A stretch of 36,754 bases of DNA, from NCBI GenBank assembly GCA_963754945.1, contig CAVWIG010000034.1:1-36754 (forward strand), written 5' to 3'. Source of the DNA: Methanotrichaceae archaeon (lineage in GTDB: Archaea > Halobacteriota > Methanosarcinia > Methanotrichales > Methanotrichaceae). How positions within the stretch are numbered: the stretch's first letter is position 1; every line of letters begins with the position of its first letter. The notes below the pieces were generated by a model. The model was not told the DNA's origin and did not search any database. It worked only from the letters and a program-made list of their open reading frames with translations. Shown piece after piece: positions 28,004 through 36,754 of the stretch. Both the position numbers and the translations under genes were made by a program.

Positions 28004-28777
28004 ATGATGAATCTTCGAGTCGTATTGGTCGAGCCCATGTACGATGGGAACATTGGCTCCGTCGCTCGTTCAATGAAGAACTTCGGCTTCGACCAGCTCA
28101 TCTTGGTGAACCCTTGCCGTATCGACGACTTCGGCAATGCCATGGCCTCTCATGCTAAGGACATCCTGGATAAGGCAAAGGTCGTTTCTACTCTGGAGGA
28201 CGCCCTCGATGGGGCGAGCCTTGTGGTTGGCACAACTGGAAAGAGGCTAGGCGATGAGCACAAGCACCTGCGGCTGCACATCAGGGAACCCTGGCTCACT
28301 CCGGCACAGTTGGCGGAAAAACTGAACGGAAAAGATTGTGAGGTGGCCCTTCTGTTAGGTCGAGAAACCTGGGGTCTCACAAACCAGGAACTTGAGCTGT
28401 GCAATCTTCTGGTGTCCATTCCCACCAGTCCAAGCTACCCCATCATGAACCTTGCACATGCAGCTACGATAATACTGTACGAGCTGAGCCAGGTAGATCA
28501 CGGAGGGGTCACTCTGGCCGGTCCGGAGACCTTGAGCAGGCTCCAAGCTGGTTTCAGAAGTCTCCTGGAGGAGATCAACTATCCTAAGTACAGGATGGAT
28601 TTCAAGATGATCATGCTCAAACGTATATTCGGCAGAGCGGAACTGACGGAAAGGGAGGCGAATACTCTGCTCGGAATGACAAAGCTGATTCGATGGCGGG
28701 TCAATAACCACAAAGGCCAGGTCAACCAGCTAAAACCGGAAGAATCGCCTCCATCCGTTTCTTGGCCGCGTGGATGA
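28004..28777 (+). CDS. trmJ: SPOUT tRNA 2'-O-methyltransferase, TrmJ family
   Basis: VVLVEP..GNIGSVARSMKNFG, LLGRETWGL..EL and IPT..YPIMNLAHA motifs. Confidence 0.9.
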   Translation: MMNLRVVLVEPMYDGNIGSVARSMKNFGFDQLILVNPCRIDDFGNAMASHAKDILDKAKVVSTLEDALDGASLVVGTTGKRLGDEHKHLRLHIREPWLTPAQLAEKLNGKDCEVALLLGRETWGLTNQELELCNLLVSIPTSPSYPIMNLAHAATIILYELSQVDHGGVTLAGPETLSRLQAGFRSLLEEINYPKYRMDFKMIMLKRIFGRAELTEREANTLLGMTKLIRWRVNNHKGQVNQLKPEESPPSVSWPRG

Positions 28778-28871
28778 AATCAATTCAATCGATTAACGCG
28801 TTTCAATTTACAGAATTAGCCTGCATTAAAAAAAGAGAATCTGAATATCCTAGGGCGAAGTCCACGATCGT

Positions 28872-29372
28872 CTAGCGTTTTCTGCATCCGCTTCCAAACG
28901 GATCGAGCGCTTTTGCAGTCTTCAAGGCCGCCTTGGCCTCGTGGCCTCGGCCCAACGACGACATGGCAAAGGATTTGTTGTACCAGGCTCCCGCGAAATA
29001 GGCGTCTATCTCGATGGCCGTGTCGAAGCACCTCAGGGCTGATTCGTACTTCTTCTGCTGGGCAAGGATCATTCCTTTGTTGTTGATTGTATAGGCGTGC
29101 CTTGGAGAGATCTTGAGAGCTTCCTCAAAGCACTGAAGGGCTTCATCGTACTTTTCTATGCTGGCCAGAACTATTCCCTTATTGTTCCAGGCATCCACCA
29201 TTGATCCGTCAATGCTGAGGGCATGGTCGTAGGCCTTCAGGGCCTCATCAGGCATGCCGGAGTTGCATAGCTCGTTGCCTTTATTGAACCAGAAGCTGGC
29301 AGAGCTGGTGTCACCTACGGAGGGGATCATCATGAGGGGGAGCGCATAGCCTAGTGAGAAATTAAGGTTCAT
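28872..29372 (-). CDS. Tetratricopeptide repeat protein
   Basis: Repeated WFNKG/AWNNKG/INNKG/AWYNK...EALxxxD units. Confidence 0.85.
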   Translation of the reverse strand: MNLNFSLGYALPLMMIPSVGDTSSASFWFNKGNELCNSGMPDEALKAYDHALSIDGSMVDAWNNKGIVLASIEKYDEALQCFEEALKISPRHAYTINNKGMILAQQKKYESALRCFDTAIEIDAYFAGAWYNKSFAMSSLGRGHEAKAALKTAKALDPFGSGCRKR

Positions 29373-29482
29373 GATCGTGAGATATCTCTTTACGGCAAAA
29401 AGGTTTCGAGAGGTATTCTTGTCTTCAACGGAGGAAATTGATCTAAAAAAGTATGAATTGAATTTATTTTATCCAATTCTTA

Positions 29483-30265
29483 TCAAATAGGGAGTTGCAA
29501 ATCTCCCTGATGACCTGGTGGCTGGTTATATGAGGGCGGAAAGTCTGACGGCTGATTGTATATTGGCGGCTGACCGCTTGGTTGCTGATAATAGATTGGT
29601 GCCTGATTGGCTGCAACATCAATTACTACGGAACTGCTGACTTGATCGTCGATCGCGAAGAGCAAAATATGCTGTCCAACGGTGTCACCATAGAAGTTTA
29701 TCTGATTGTAACCTGGGAAGAAGTTGTAATAGTTCTTTGTTAGCTGCCCGTCTGGGGTTATTTCGTAAAGGTACCCGTTGCCGCCTGTGGACGTACTTGC
29801 TAGTAGTGACAAGCCTGCCCCTTGAGGAATGGTAGCATATTGGGTCCAGCTTGTTGATCCCTGAATCCACAGCGAATTGCCACTAGTGTATGCAGGATAA
29901 GTCTGGTATTGTGAATATGGTACAGCTTGCATCTGATAGCTGAAGTAAACAGTAGTTGGGAACTTGTTTATGTCATATTTCGTTGGAGCTTCGATATGCG
30001 TTTTATGGTCGTTTCCTTTGGACATGCTGAAAAATTGGGAATACTTAGTGAAGATATCTCCTGATATACCCGTTGATATCCCTTGATCTTCTCCTTGGAA
30101 ACCAGGCGGGTTGCCCCCAACCCACGGCTGACCTATGCCTTGATTGAATAGATGCTCAAATGTGGCTTCACCTGGACGCATTCCTACACCACTTTGTGCG
30201 TCTAAAGCTGCTACGCACCCCATCAGGGATATGATGAGGACTAAGACTGCTAAGATCTTATTCAT
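29483..30265 (-). CDS. Secreted hypothetical protein with a Pro/Gln-rich tail
   Basis: Signal peptide MNKILAVLVLIISLMGCVAA; C-terminal (P)PxYxQP repeats. Confidence 0.8.
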   Translation of the reverse strand: MNKILAVLVLIISLMGCVAALDAQSGVGMRPGEATFEHLFNQGIGQPWVGGNPPGFQGEDQGISTGISGDIFTKYSQFFSMSKGNDHKTHIEAPTKYDINKFPTTVYFSYQMQAVPYSQYQTYPAYTSGNSLWIQGSTSWTQYATIPQGAGLSLLASTSTGGNGYLYEITPDGQLTKNYYNFFPGYNQINFYGDTVGQHILLFAIDDQVSSSVVIDVAANQAPIYYQQPSGQPPIYNQPSDFPPSYNQPPGHQGDLQLPI

Positions 30266-30576
30266 CTTTACCCACTCAGGAACTATTCTATCGTCAATGG
30301 ATATAAAGTACTTAGACAGGCACGTGCCCTCACTTTAACCAATGATTGAAAAAATGCGTATACATCGATGAATAGGCAAGAATAACTACAAATGCTCTAT
30401 TAATATATATAGTGGAAATGCAGGAATTTTTGGAAAAAATATTCTCCCCCATGGACAATAAATATCTATAATGGCTCTTTTTATGCACTGATCTTCCCCA
30501 AAAGCCAAAAGCTGGAGATCAAGGGACGGAGCTACAGCTTGTTTCAAGTTTAATAAAAAAAGAATTTGAAAGCAAA

Positions 30577-30954
30577 TTACGCTTTTCCACCTAAGAACAT
30601 CATAGACCTATTCATTAATTGTAGGAAAGTTAAGTCCTTCGTGCAGGTACAATTAGAACCACATGGTTCCGGATGTTGGCATTTGCATGCTTCATATGGA
30701 TTGTGTCTGTCATTTATCACACAATGACCCGCAGAGTCCATGTAGGATACCATAGTTGTGTTAGCACTGCAATTATGGTTAGCAGGGTCGTAGATGTCTA
30801 TTGTCAAATTCTTGCCTTCTGGACCTAGAAATATTATTTTTAGACAGGTCCATTTATGGATATCAGTTGTATTGTAGCCCAAATTACATGCGCTGTAAGC
30901 TAAACCCATGCTTGAGATCAGCATGATCAATGTTATTATTCCTGTTTTGCTCAT
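30577..30954 (-). CDS. Small Cys-rich secreted protein
   Basis: Signal peptide; several N-x-S/T sequons; clustered Cys; GGAGG upstream. Confidence 0.7.
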   Translation of the reverse strand: MSKTGIITLIMLISSMGLAYSACNLGYNTTDIHKWTCLKIIFLGPEGKNLTIDIYDPANHNCSANTTMVSYMDSAGHCVINDRHNPYEACKCQHPEPCGSNCTCTKDLTFLQLMNRSMMFLGGKA

Positions 30955-31104
30955 TTTGTAGTCCTCCGTCTACACAGATGTTACTATCATTTGTATTTAT
31001 ACTTGTTCGAATAATTCAGTGCTCAGTGTTTCTTGATTCGACAAGCTCCGCCTTTATGTACAAGAGATCCAAGAACCCTTTCGTCGCTCGTGGGCAGCAA
31101 CATT

Positions 31105-31359
31105 TTATGTGCCCAGAGACAACTCTTCTTGGATTTGTTTATAGTTATCGAGTAATGCTAAACCCCTCGTAGTCGTCTCATAAACAACAAGATTGCGTTC
31201 TTTTTGGGCATTTATCATACCGTTTTTTGTTAGGAGTTCTAAGTAAGGGTTTATAGTTCTGAAGTTAAGGTTAGCCTGGTACACTATCTTCGTTTTATTT
31301 GCACCGTCAGTACATATATCCAGTATTTTCGAGATTATTATGTCTCTGCTTCGTTTCAT
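31105..31359 (-). CDS. Winged helix-turn-helix transcriptional regulator
   Basis: KRSRDIII..IL...GANKTKIVYQANLNF...YL..L...YETTTRG. Confidence 0.88.
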   Translation of the reverse strand: MKRSRDIIISKILDICTDGANKTKIVYQANLNFRTINPYLELLTKNGMINAQKERNLVVYETTTRGLALLDNYKQIQEELSLGT

Positions 31360-31686
31360 GAGTATTATACCCCACTTCATATGTTATCATCTTAATACGG
31401 CAACTTTGAGTAATATGACAACATAGCTCTGATCTACAATGTAATAAAAGTCTTCGAATTATCTTTAAGATTCTGTAATACTGATCTTTTTATTATTAAA
31501 TAACACACATGGAACTAATTTATGATTACAGAATTAAAAAAAGCTTAGAAGGCAATGGGGATACAATTGATCCCATTGTTATGAGTAATCAATTTAGTCT
31601 GAGTCCATTGTTGGAATAAAGCTCAACCGCTATTCTTCCCTAAAACTCCGTAATTTCAAACTAAAGAATCAGGATTATGCCTTGTC

Positions 31687-31866
31687 TCAACCATCTTCCG
31701 CCGTCCGTCGTATTACCAGGATAGCTAACACTACAACCACAATCACCCAGGCGATCAGCCCAACCGAACCGAACATTCCCGTTACTAAGATGAAGGTAAC
31801 CACACCCACTATAAAAAATATATAATAATATATGAATCGTGAGGCTTTTTCAACGTAGTTAGTCAT
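31687..31866 (-). CDS. 59-aa small membrane protein (2 TM)
   Basis: MTNYVEKASRFIYYYIFFIVGVVTFILVTGMFGSVGLIAWVIVVVVLAILVIRRTAEDG; GGAG upstream; below the ORF-track cutoff. Confidence 0.55.
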   Translation of the reverse strand: MTNYVEKASRFIYYYIFFIVGVVTFILVTGMFGSVGLIAWVIVVVVLAILVIRRTAEDG

Positions 31867-32171
31867 TTCATCGCTCCAACCCTGCTATCTGATCTGTGGT
31901 AGTATTATTTTCGGCGGTGTTGTTCTCTGAGATATTCCCGGCTGATAATCCTGTGTCCCTATCCTTGATAAAACTCTGAGCACACTCATGAGTCGGCAAA
32001 CCGAAATCTGCCAAATCCGTTGCTGCTGCGTAGTTCCTTTAATAATGCTTTGGAATTAGATATTCTATGTAATCTCAATGTATCCTCAGATATTTCAGCC
32101 ATATTCAATCCTCTTCTATAATAGGGTTTTAAGGATTAGGAATGGAATATCATTTGGAGGGCTAGCCTGAA

Positions 32172-32702
32172 ATGAGGATTGTATGGTTCATTGCCGTTGT
32201 TATGGTCGTGTCGTTATCTCCTAGCATTGCTGCTACATCGAATACTACAACAAAATTTAACGCCGGACCGTTTAATTGCAGTGTAGATTTGAATACCCCT
32301 TGCCATGATATTATCATCGGTAAGCCTGTTCATAAGGAGATGATGGACGGGACCGGCTATGTCGATTATCCAGTTGAAATCTGTGGAGTCTCAATCTCAT
32401 TTACGAGGTATAATAAAAGCAACGTCTTTGATGTAGAAAAAGGCGTTAGCACACAATCCATTTTTGGCGACCTCATTTCTTTTGGCGTTGACATGGATAC
32501 GATCCAGTTATACCCACGCATTATTGATGGGCGAAATGGGGCTACTGGATCAGCCTCTGTAACTAGACTCAATTCGGACGTATATGATGCCAGTTACATT
32601 ATTTCACCCAGAAGCGTTTGCCGTATTACTGTTTGGGGGGCGAATAATTATCAGAAAATGGTGTCTGTATTGAATACTATCCATACAGAGGAAGCCTCTT
32701 GA
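32172..32702 (+). CDS. Secreted hypothetical protein
   Basis: Signal peptide; GGAGG upstream; T-rich tract downstream. Confidence 0.8.
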   Translation: MRIVWFIAVVMVVSLSPSIAATSNTTTKFNAGPFNCSVDLNTPCHDIIIGKPVHKEMMDGTGYVDYPVEICGVSISFTRYNKSNVFDVEKGVSTQSIFGDLISFGVDMDTIQLYPRIIDGRNGATGSASVTRLNSDVYDASYIISPRSVCRITVWGANNYQKMVSVLNTIHTEEAS

Positions 32703-33594
32703 ATGATCTTTCATCAGGTCCATTCTTTTTATTTACTTCCTGGTCGATCTAGCCGATGTAGGTTAATCAAAAGGCGCATGAATTCTTTGCATTGATCTTC
32801 CTGGCGCAAATATGTGCCTTGCAAATTATAGTTTTCTGGTGTCAGGGGCTTTTCCGGGCACCTCCCATACGTTTCAGTTCCAGGTACAAAATTGGCTTAC
32901 ATAAAAGCTCTCAGCAAAGCAAAGCTATTTAGGAGAGCGGCGCAGATGACTAAACATTATGCCTAAAGATAAAATTGGAAAATCCCCAAAATTAACTAAA
33001 AAGCAGCGAAAACAAAATGAAAAACAAAAAACGCAAATTAAACCAGAACAAGAGGTCAAAAAATAAAAATCAAACTCTTTTTCCATCTTGAATTGCATAT
33101 TGTAGGACTTATTTGCCAATCATTATTGCCTAGATCGAAATCTATATATATCGGCGATTGACTACATAGTGCATGGCAAAAGTCGATAGCCTATTTTTCT
33201 CCCTCCTACATCCCTTTGACTTTTGCCTCCCTCCTTATCATTCCTTCAGCGATATCAATTCGCCATGCTTGCCAATGGTCCTCTTAATGCTGCCTTCCTC
33301 ACCAGCTCCTTATGGTTAAGGTTCATATTGCATATCACCACCCAAGGCACCTCCTCTATCGGCTCCGCTCCATCTACAGCTCATATTTGTTCTTATTGCC
33401 CGCTTTTTGTATCCGTATTCAGGCCATTTTAGTCAAGTCCTTATAAATCGTCACTCTAAAGCACTAAGGACGCATCAATTATACCATTTAGAACTTATTA
33501 AAGTAATTTTAATTGTTAAAAACATTTAAATAGCATCGGATACAATAGATTGTTAGTCAGTTCTTCTCTGACATTCAAAAAGAAGTGATATGAT

Positions 33595-33768
33595 ATGTGC
33601 CACGAAGAAGAAATGGAGGAATCCAAAATGGAAGGCATGATGGAGTGGTGGGAGCATCTCCCCGAGGATAAGAAAAAGGCAGTCATGAAGGCGAAATTGG
33701 AAAAGAAGATGAAGATGGTGCAGGCCAAGCTGGATTTCCTGAAGGAGATGCAGAAAATCTTTGCATAA
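33595..33768 (+). CDS. 57-aa Met/Glu/Lys-rich helical protein
   Basis: MCHEEEMEESKMEGMMEWWEHLPEDKKKAVMKAKLEKKMKMVQAKLDFLKEMQKIFA; purine-rich coding-like strand; hairpin follows. Confidence 0.65.
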   Translation: MCHEEEMEESKMEGMMEWWEHLPEDKKKAVMKAKLEKKMKMVQAKLDFLKEMQKIFA

Positions 33769-33780
33769 GACATGGTATCA

Positions 33781-33826
33781 GAAGCTTCAAGCATAGAGAT
33801 GCTTCGAAGCTTCTATTTTCGTTTTC
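33781..33826 (+). terminator. Hairpin plus T-tract after the 57-aa ORF
   Basis: GAAGCTTCAAGCAT-AGAG-ATGCTTCGAAGCTTC followed by TATTTTCGTTTTC. Confidence 0.5.
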
Positions 33827-34101
33827 AGAACTGCCGCCAAATGGATTCTATAAAGATCTACTAGCTAATTTCTTGTCTTAGCTGAATCATTTCCCTGTCC
33901 TGGATTTGGCTCGATAAATACCCTCCGATATGGTTTCAAATGGATTAATTTTCTGTCCATGCTAATATTTACTGAGATCGACCACGAGGCAATACTTTTA
34001 TACCTTTAATGTATTGATAAGCAGTAAGTCATTGTTGGACTCCAGCATATGTGGTGGTTAGTGGGTTATTAATGACCCGTTCAAGGGAAAAGGAAATAAT
34101 T

Positions 34102-34857
34102 ATGGATATAATCGGTATTGGGGAAGCATTAAATTCAAAAACTGTAGAGAAAGCATACGATGATGCTGGCTCAAAACCCGCTAAACAATTAGGAAGATTC
34201 TTAGAAGATGCTTTTAAAACCGCTCGATTATTAGCATTCCCTGTCCAAATAGGTGCTGCAATCCAAGATAAACTTGACCGTACTTTAGTGCGTGTCGTAA
34301 ATAAAGTTCCACCAGAAAAGCATATCGAACCACAACTTCAAATTGTTGGACCTATCTATGAAAATATTAAATATCTAAATGATAATACAATTTTATATGA
34401 AATGTTTGAAGAATTATTAGCTCGTTCCATCGATCGTGAACGGATTGCAGAAGCACACCCATCATTCATTCATATTATTTCGCAATTATCTCATGATGAA
34501 GCAATAATCCTTTTTGAATTAAAAAAGAATGATTTTGAAGTTGTTGATACGCTGGATTTAATCCGAGAGGAAAACCGTTTTGACAATCGGATAATTGAAA
34601 AAACTACTATTCCAGTAGACAAACTGCTATTCCCGAATATGGCTGAAATGTATTATTCTCACCTAGAATCATTGAGTTTAGTTTCGTGGCCTGTTATTAA
34701 GCAAGATCCTATTTTGGAAGGTAGCCTCCAAACTGGGACTAGACGTTACAGCAAGATGATTTTAACAGAATTTGGCAAATTTTTTGTAAATGCTTGTGTT
34801 CCAGAAAGTGGTTTTAGAAATAACGAAAAAATACACAATTACCAAGTATTGCTGTAA
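34102..34857 (+). CDS. Abi-alpha / DUF4393-like protein
   Basis: AYDDA..PAKQLG, P.LQIVGPIYE, LYEMFEELLARSID and AHPSFIHIISQLSHDEA pattern; C-terminal LTEFGKFFVNAC; AT-rich. Confidence 0.75.
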   Translation: MDIIGIGEALNSKTVEKAYDDAGSKPAKQLGRFLEDAFKTARLLAFPVQIGAAIQDKLDRTLVRVVNKVPPEKHIEPQLQIVGPIYENIKYLNDNTILYEMFEELLARSIDRERIAEAHPSFIHIISQLSHDEAIILFELKKNDFEVVDTLDLIREENRFDNRIIEKTTIPVDKLLFPNMAEMYYSHLESLSLVSWPVIKQDPILEGSLQTGTRRYSKMILTEFGKFFVNACVPESGFRNNEKIHNYQVLL

Positions 34858-35208
34858 CATTGTAGCCATAACTTTTTTAAGCTCGTGGAAGACGCTCCAA
34901 ACCCTGGCAGTTAGTAGTACCGAAGTTTTGGGAAGCGCACTTTATGATGCATTTATAACCCCAAAATACGCACTAAAAGTAAATAACACGTGATAAGTAT
35001 TTGATAATATGCAAGGAATAAATATAGAATTAGGAATGAGAACTGTAAGAGCAATAAGCAAAAATTAAGCGCCTGGTCCTCTCTGACGTCAGTGGAAACC
35101 AGAACCGCCGTATGATGCCCGTGCTTTGGGGCTGCAAGCTAAAAGTGGCTATGACTATGCCAATGATAAATGGTATTATTATATTAATATGATTTTTTTT
35201 ATCTAACT

Positions 35209-36359
35209 GAGTATTCCTAAAAACTAGCTTTCAACAAGCTTCTATTCTTTTCTTTCAAGATCTCCGCTACAATGACCTTAGCCTTTTGGTTCAATTGTTA
35301 TGAATTTCATTGAATTAGCCCTCTTTCAATCTGTTCTTCGATAGCTTCCGCTATGTTCAGATGACTTTGGCTTTTTTCAATGTACAGAGCTGAAATAGGT
35401 CAAAAGCGAAAGCTGTAACCATCAATTCAACATGAACCCTCTTGACTGTTGTAACCAACACTCTTCCCATCCCAAATACTCTTTTTATAACTGCATGAGG
35501 CCGTTCTCCCGGAGATCTTAATTTACTTATCAACCTGTTTCGCTCTTTATCAAGTTCCTCAAGAGGCTTTTCTGATGTTCTGCGTTTCATCGTGAAATCG
35601 ATACCCTTTGCTTCAGCGCCAAAATATCCTCTATCTCTAAGAACGATTTCATCTTTGGTTGATAAGTCAACCTGACTATCATGCAATGACGCGGTTGTTG
35701 TCTCGATTTCGCGTATTAGGCAGTAATCGATATCGGTTTTTTGGTGCAGCTTATATCCAAAATGAGTCTCATTTCCTTTCTTCGCCCAGGTTCCATCTCG
35801 ACTGCGTCGAGTCTTAGCATCCTCGCCACGAGGTTTTTTTGAAGAACCAGGATCTGCTTCAATGAATGTTGCATCTTGCACCGTTCCACACTTAACCTGC
35901 AAACCCATAGCGACTAACTGTCTTTGCAGTTCTGACCAGATTAACTCATCTTTCCCGGATTCTGCAATGCGTTGCTTGAATAGCCATATCGTTCGGGAGT
36001 CTGGCAAAGGATCTGGATAATCAAGGAACGCCATAAATGATATGCGGTCAGCCATTTGTCTTTCAATTCCCAAATCGCTCAGACCATGCCATTTCTGAAG
36101 GATCAAAATCTTGAACATCAAAATGACATCGCAGTTTGGTCTTCCACCTTTCTCGCTTTTATTATCGTACATCTCTTCGAGAATTTGGCGGAAAGGTGCC
36201 CAATCAATCTTATTCGATATCTCTGAGAGTCGCGACTTCTCTTGCTTGGCATGGAGACCTTTAAGCATCCAAGTAGTAAATGAATCCATAATATATAATA
36301 GTATTAATAGTATATAAACATTACTATGATTAAAGCCGGGTAGGTTTATAGGAATACTC
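35209..36359 (-). mobile_element. IS5-family IS (copy 2, intact, 1151 bp)
   Basis: 16-bp IR GAGTATTCCTA(A/T)AAAC; 4-bp TSD AACT (35205-35208, 36360-36363). Confidence 0.95.
35357..36289 (-). CDS. IS5-family transposase (310 aa)
   Basis: Intact DDE ORF; start is ATG 36289 because the track start (36367) lies outside the IR. Confidence 0.93.
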   Translation of the reverse strand: MDSFTTWMLKGLHAKQEKSRLSEISNKIDWAPFRQILEEMYDNKSEKGGRPNCDVILMFKILILQKWHGLSDLGIERQMADRISFMAFLDYPDPLPDSRTIWLFKQRIAESGKDELIWSELQRQLVAMGLQVKCGTVQDATFIEADPGSSKKPRGEDAKTRRSRDGTWAKKGNETHFGYKLHQKTDIDYCLIREIETTTASLHDSQVDLSTKDEIVLRDRGYFGAEAKGIDFTMKRRTSEKPLEELDKERNRLISKLRSPGERPHAVIKRVFGMGRVLVTTVKRVHVELMVTAFAFDLFQLCTLKKAKVI

Positions 36360-36407
36360 AACTGCATCGATCAATATTAAACAATCGCCCATTCCTTTAT
36401 ATCAGGT

Positions 36408-36754
36408 TTATAGATATACTCGATTATTTGCATGAATTTTTACCATAATATTCAAATCTATGAATGCATTATTTGTTGGATTTTCATAATGAATAACTGT
36501 TCGGGCTGTCTTATGTGGTACAAGCACACTCTTTCCGGCCTCAAAAACATTGATAAATTCAGGAGCAACATTCATTAGCAGAGCTGGCTCAAGAGATTTT
36601 ACAAAGGAGTGCTTTACAACAATATAGTTCCCTATTAAGAAGATAGTTGCCATGATGCCGCTCAAACATGTTAACAATAAAATACTATTTGATATTTTTT
36701 CATTAGGAGTTAATGTTGTTACCTGTATCCAATCTAACCCAAGAATAGCTAAGA
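36408..36754 (-). CDS. Partial hypothetical membrane protein (5' end beyond the window)
   Basis: Frame stays open from the window edge (LAILGLDWIQVTTLTPNEKISNSILLLTCLSG...). Confidence 0.55.
   Translation of the reverse strand, partial: LAILGLDWIQVTTLTPNEKISNSILLLTCLSGIMATIFLIGNYIVVKHSFVKSLEPALLMNVAPEFINVFEAGKSVLVPHKTARTVIHYENPTNNAFIDLNIMVKIHANNRVYL

Noticed and set aside
32959-33066. 35-aa Lys-rich ORF (MPKDKIGKSPK...)
   Set aside because: Low-complexity A-rich sequence without a well-placed RBS; cannot be supported
33516-33794. 92-aa minus-strand ORF
   Set aside because: Shadow of the better-supported plus-strand 57-aa ORF
35073-35160. Hairpin CTGGT...CTGACGTCAG...GAAACCAG resembling a hammerhead core, or an AACCGC...GCTATGAC fluoride riboswitch
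   Set aside because: CTGANGA is not matched, stems I/II are missing, and the riboswitch 5' stem and a downstream crcB-type gene are absent; an Rfam scan would settle it
1-36754. CRISPR array, tRNA/rRNA genes, integrase or cas genes linked to TPR-CHAT
   Set aside because: No regularly spaced direct repeats, cloverleaf signatures or such proteins were seen by eye

Overview
Archaeal chromosomal window, most consistent with a Methanothrix/Methanotrichales-type methanogen (inferred from gene content, the S19e-L39e-L31e-eIF6-LX-prefoldin-FtsY operon, AglB and MetX-CBS). Core genes (tyrA, aroE, DUF92, cis-prenyltransferase-like, MoaD/SAMP, r-protein operon, serB, aglB, trmJ) are interspersed with AT-rich accessory DNA. 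Main results: (1) a 3410-bp element (3805-7214) bounded by IS6-type GGTTCTGT inverted repeats extending imperfectly to 71 bp. It has a central SWIM/Zn-ribbon/DDE transposase, a divergent RHH regulator with helically phased operator-like repeats, and two inward-pointing cargo cassettes (ClpP-fold SDH protease + 54-aa ORF; membrane protein + 55-aa ORF). Its right end sits in a 5'-truncated metX with no target duplication. (2) A TPR-CHAT (caspase-like) protease gene hit by an IS903-group IS, a 117-bp MITE and an IS256. The IS903-like copy is truncated by an IS5, which carries a 151-bp IS200/IS605-type palindromic mini-element inserted after TTGAT; an intact empty-site IS5 sister copy is at 35209-36359. 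(3) A virus/plasmid-like remnant with small ORFs and an internally deleted HNH-AP2 endonuclease. Also present: hicBA, an Abi-alpha-like gene and several pseudogenes. All family calls come from motif recognition by eye; no database searches were run.
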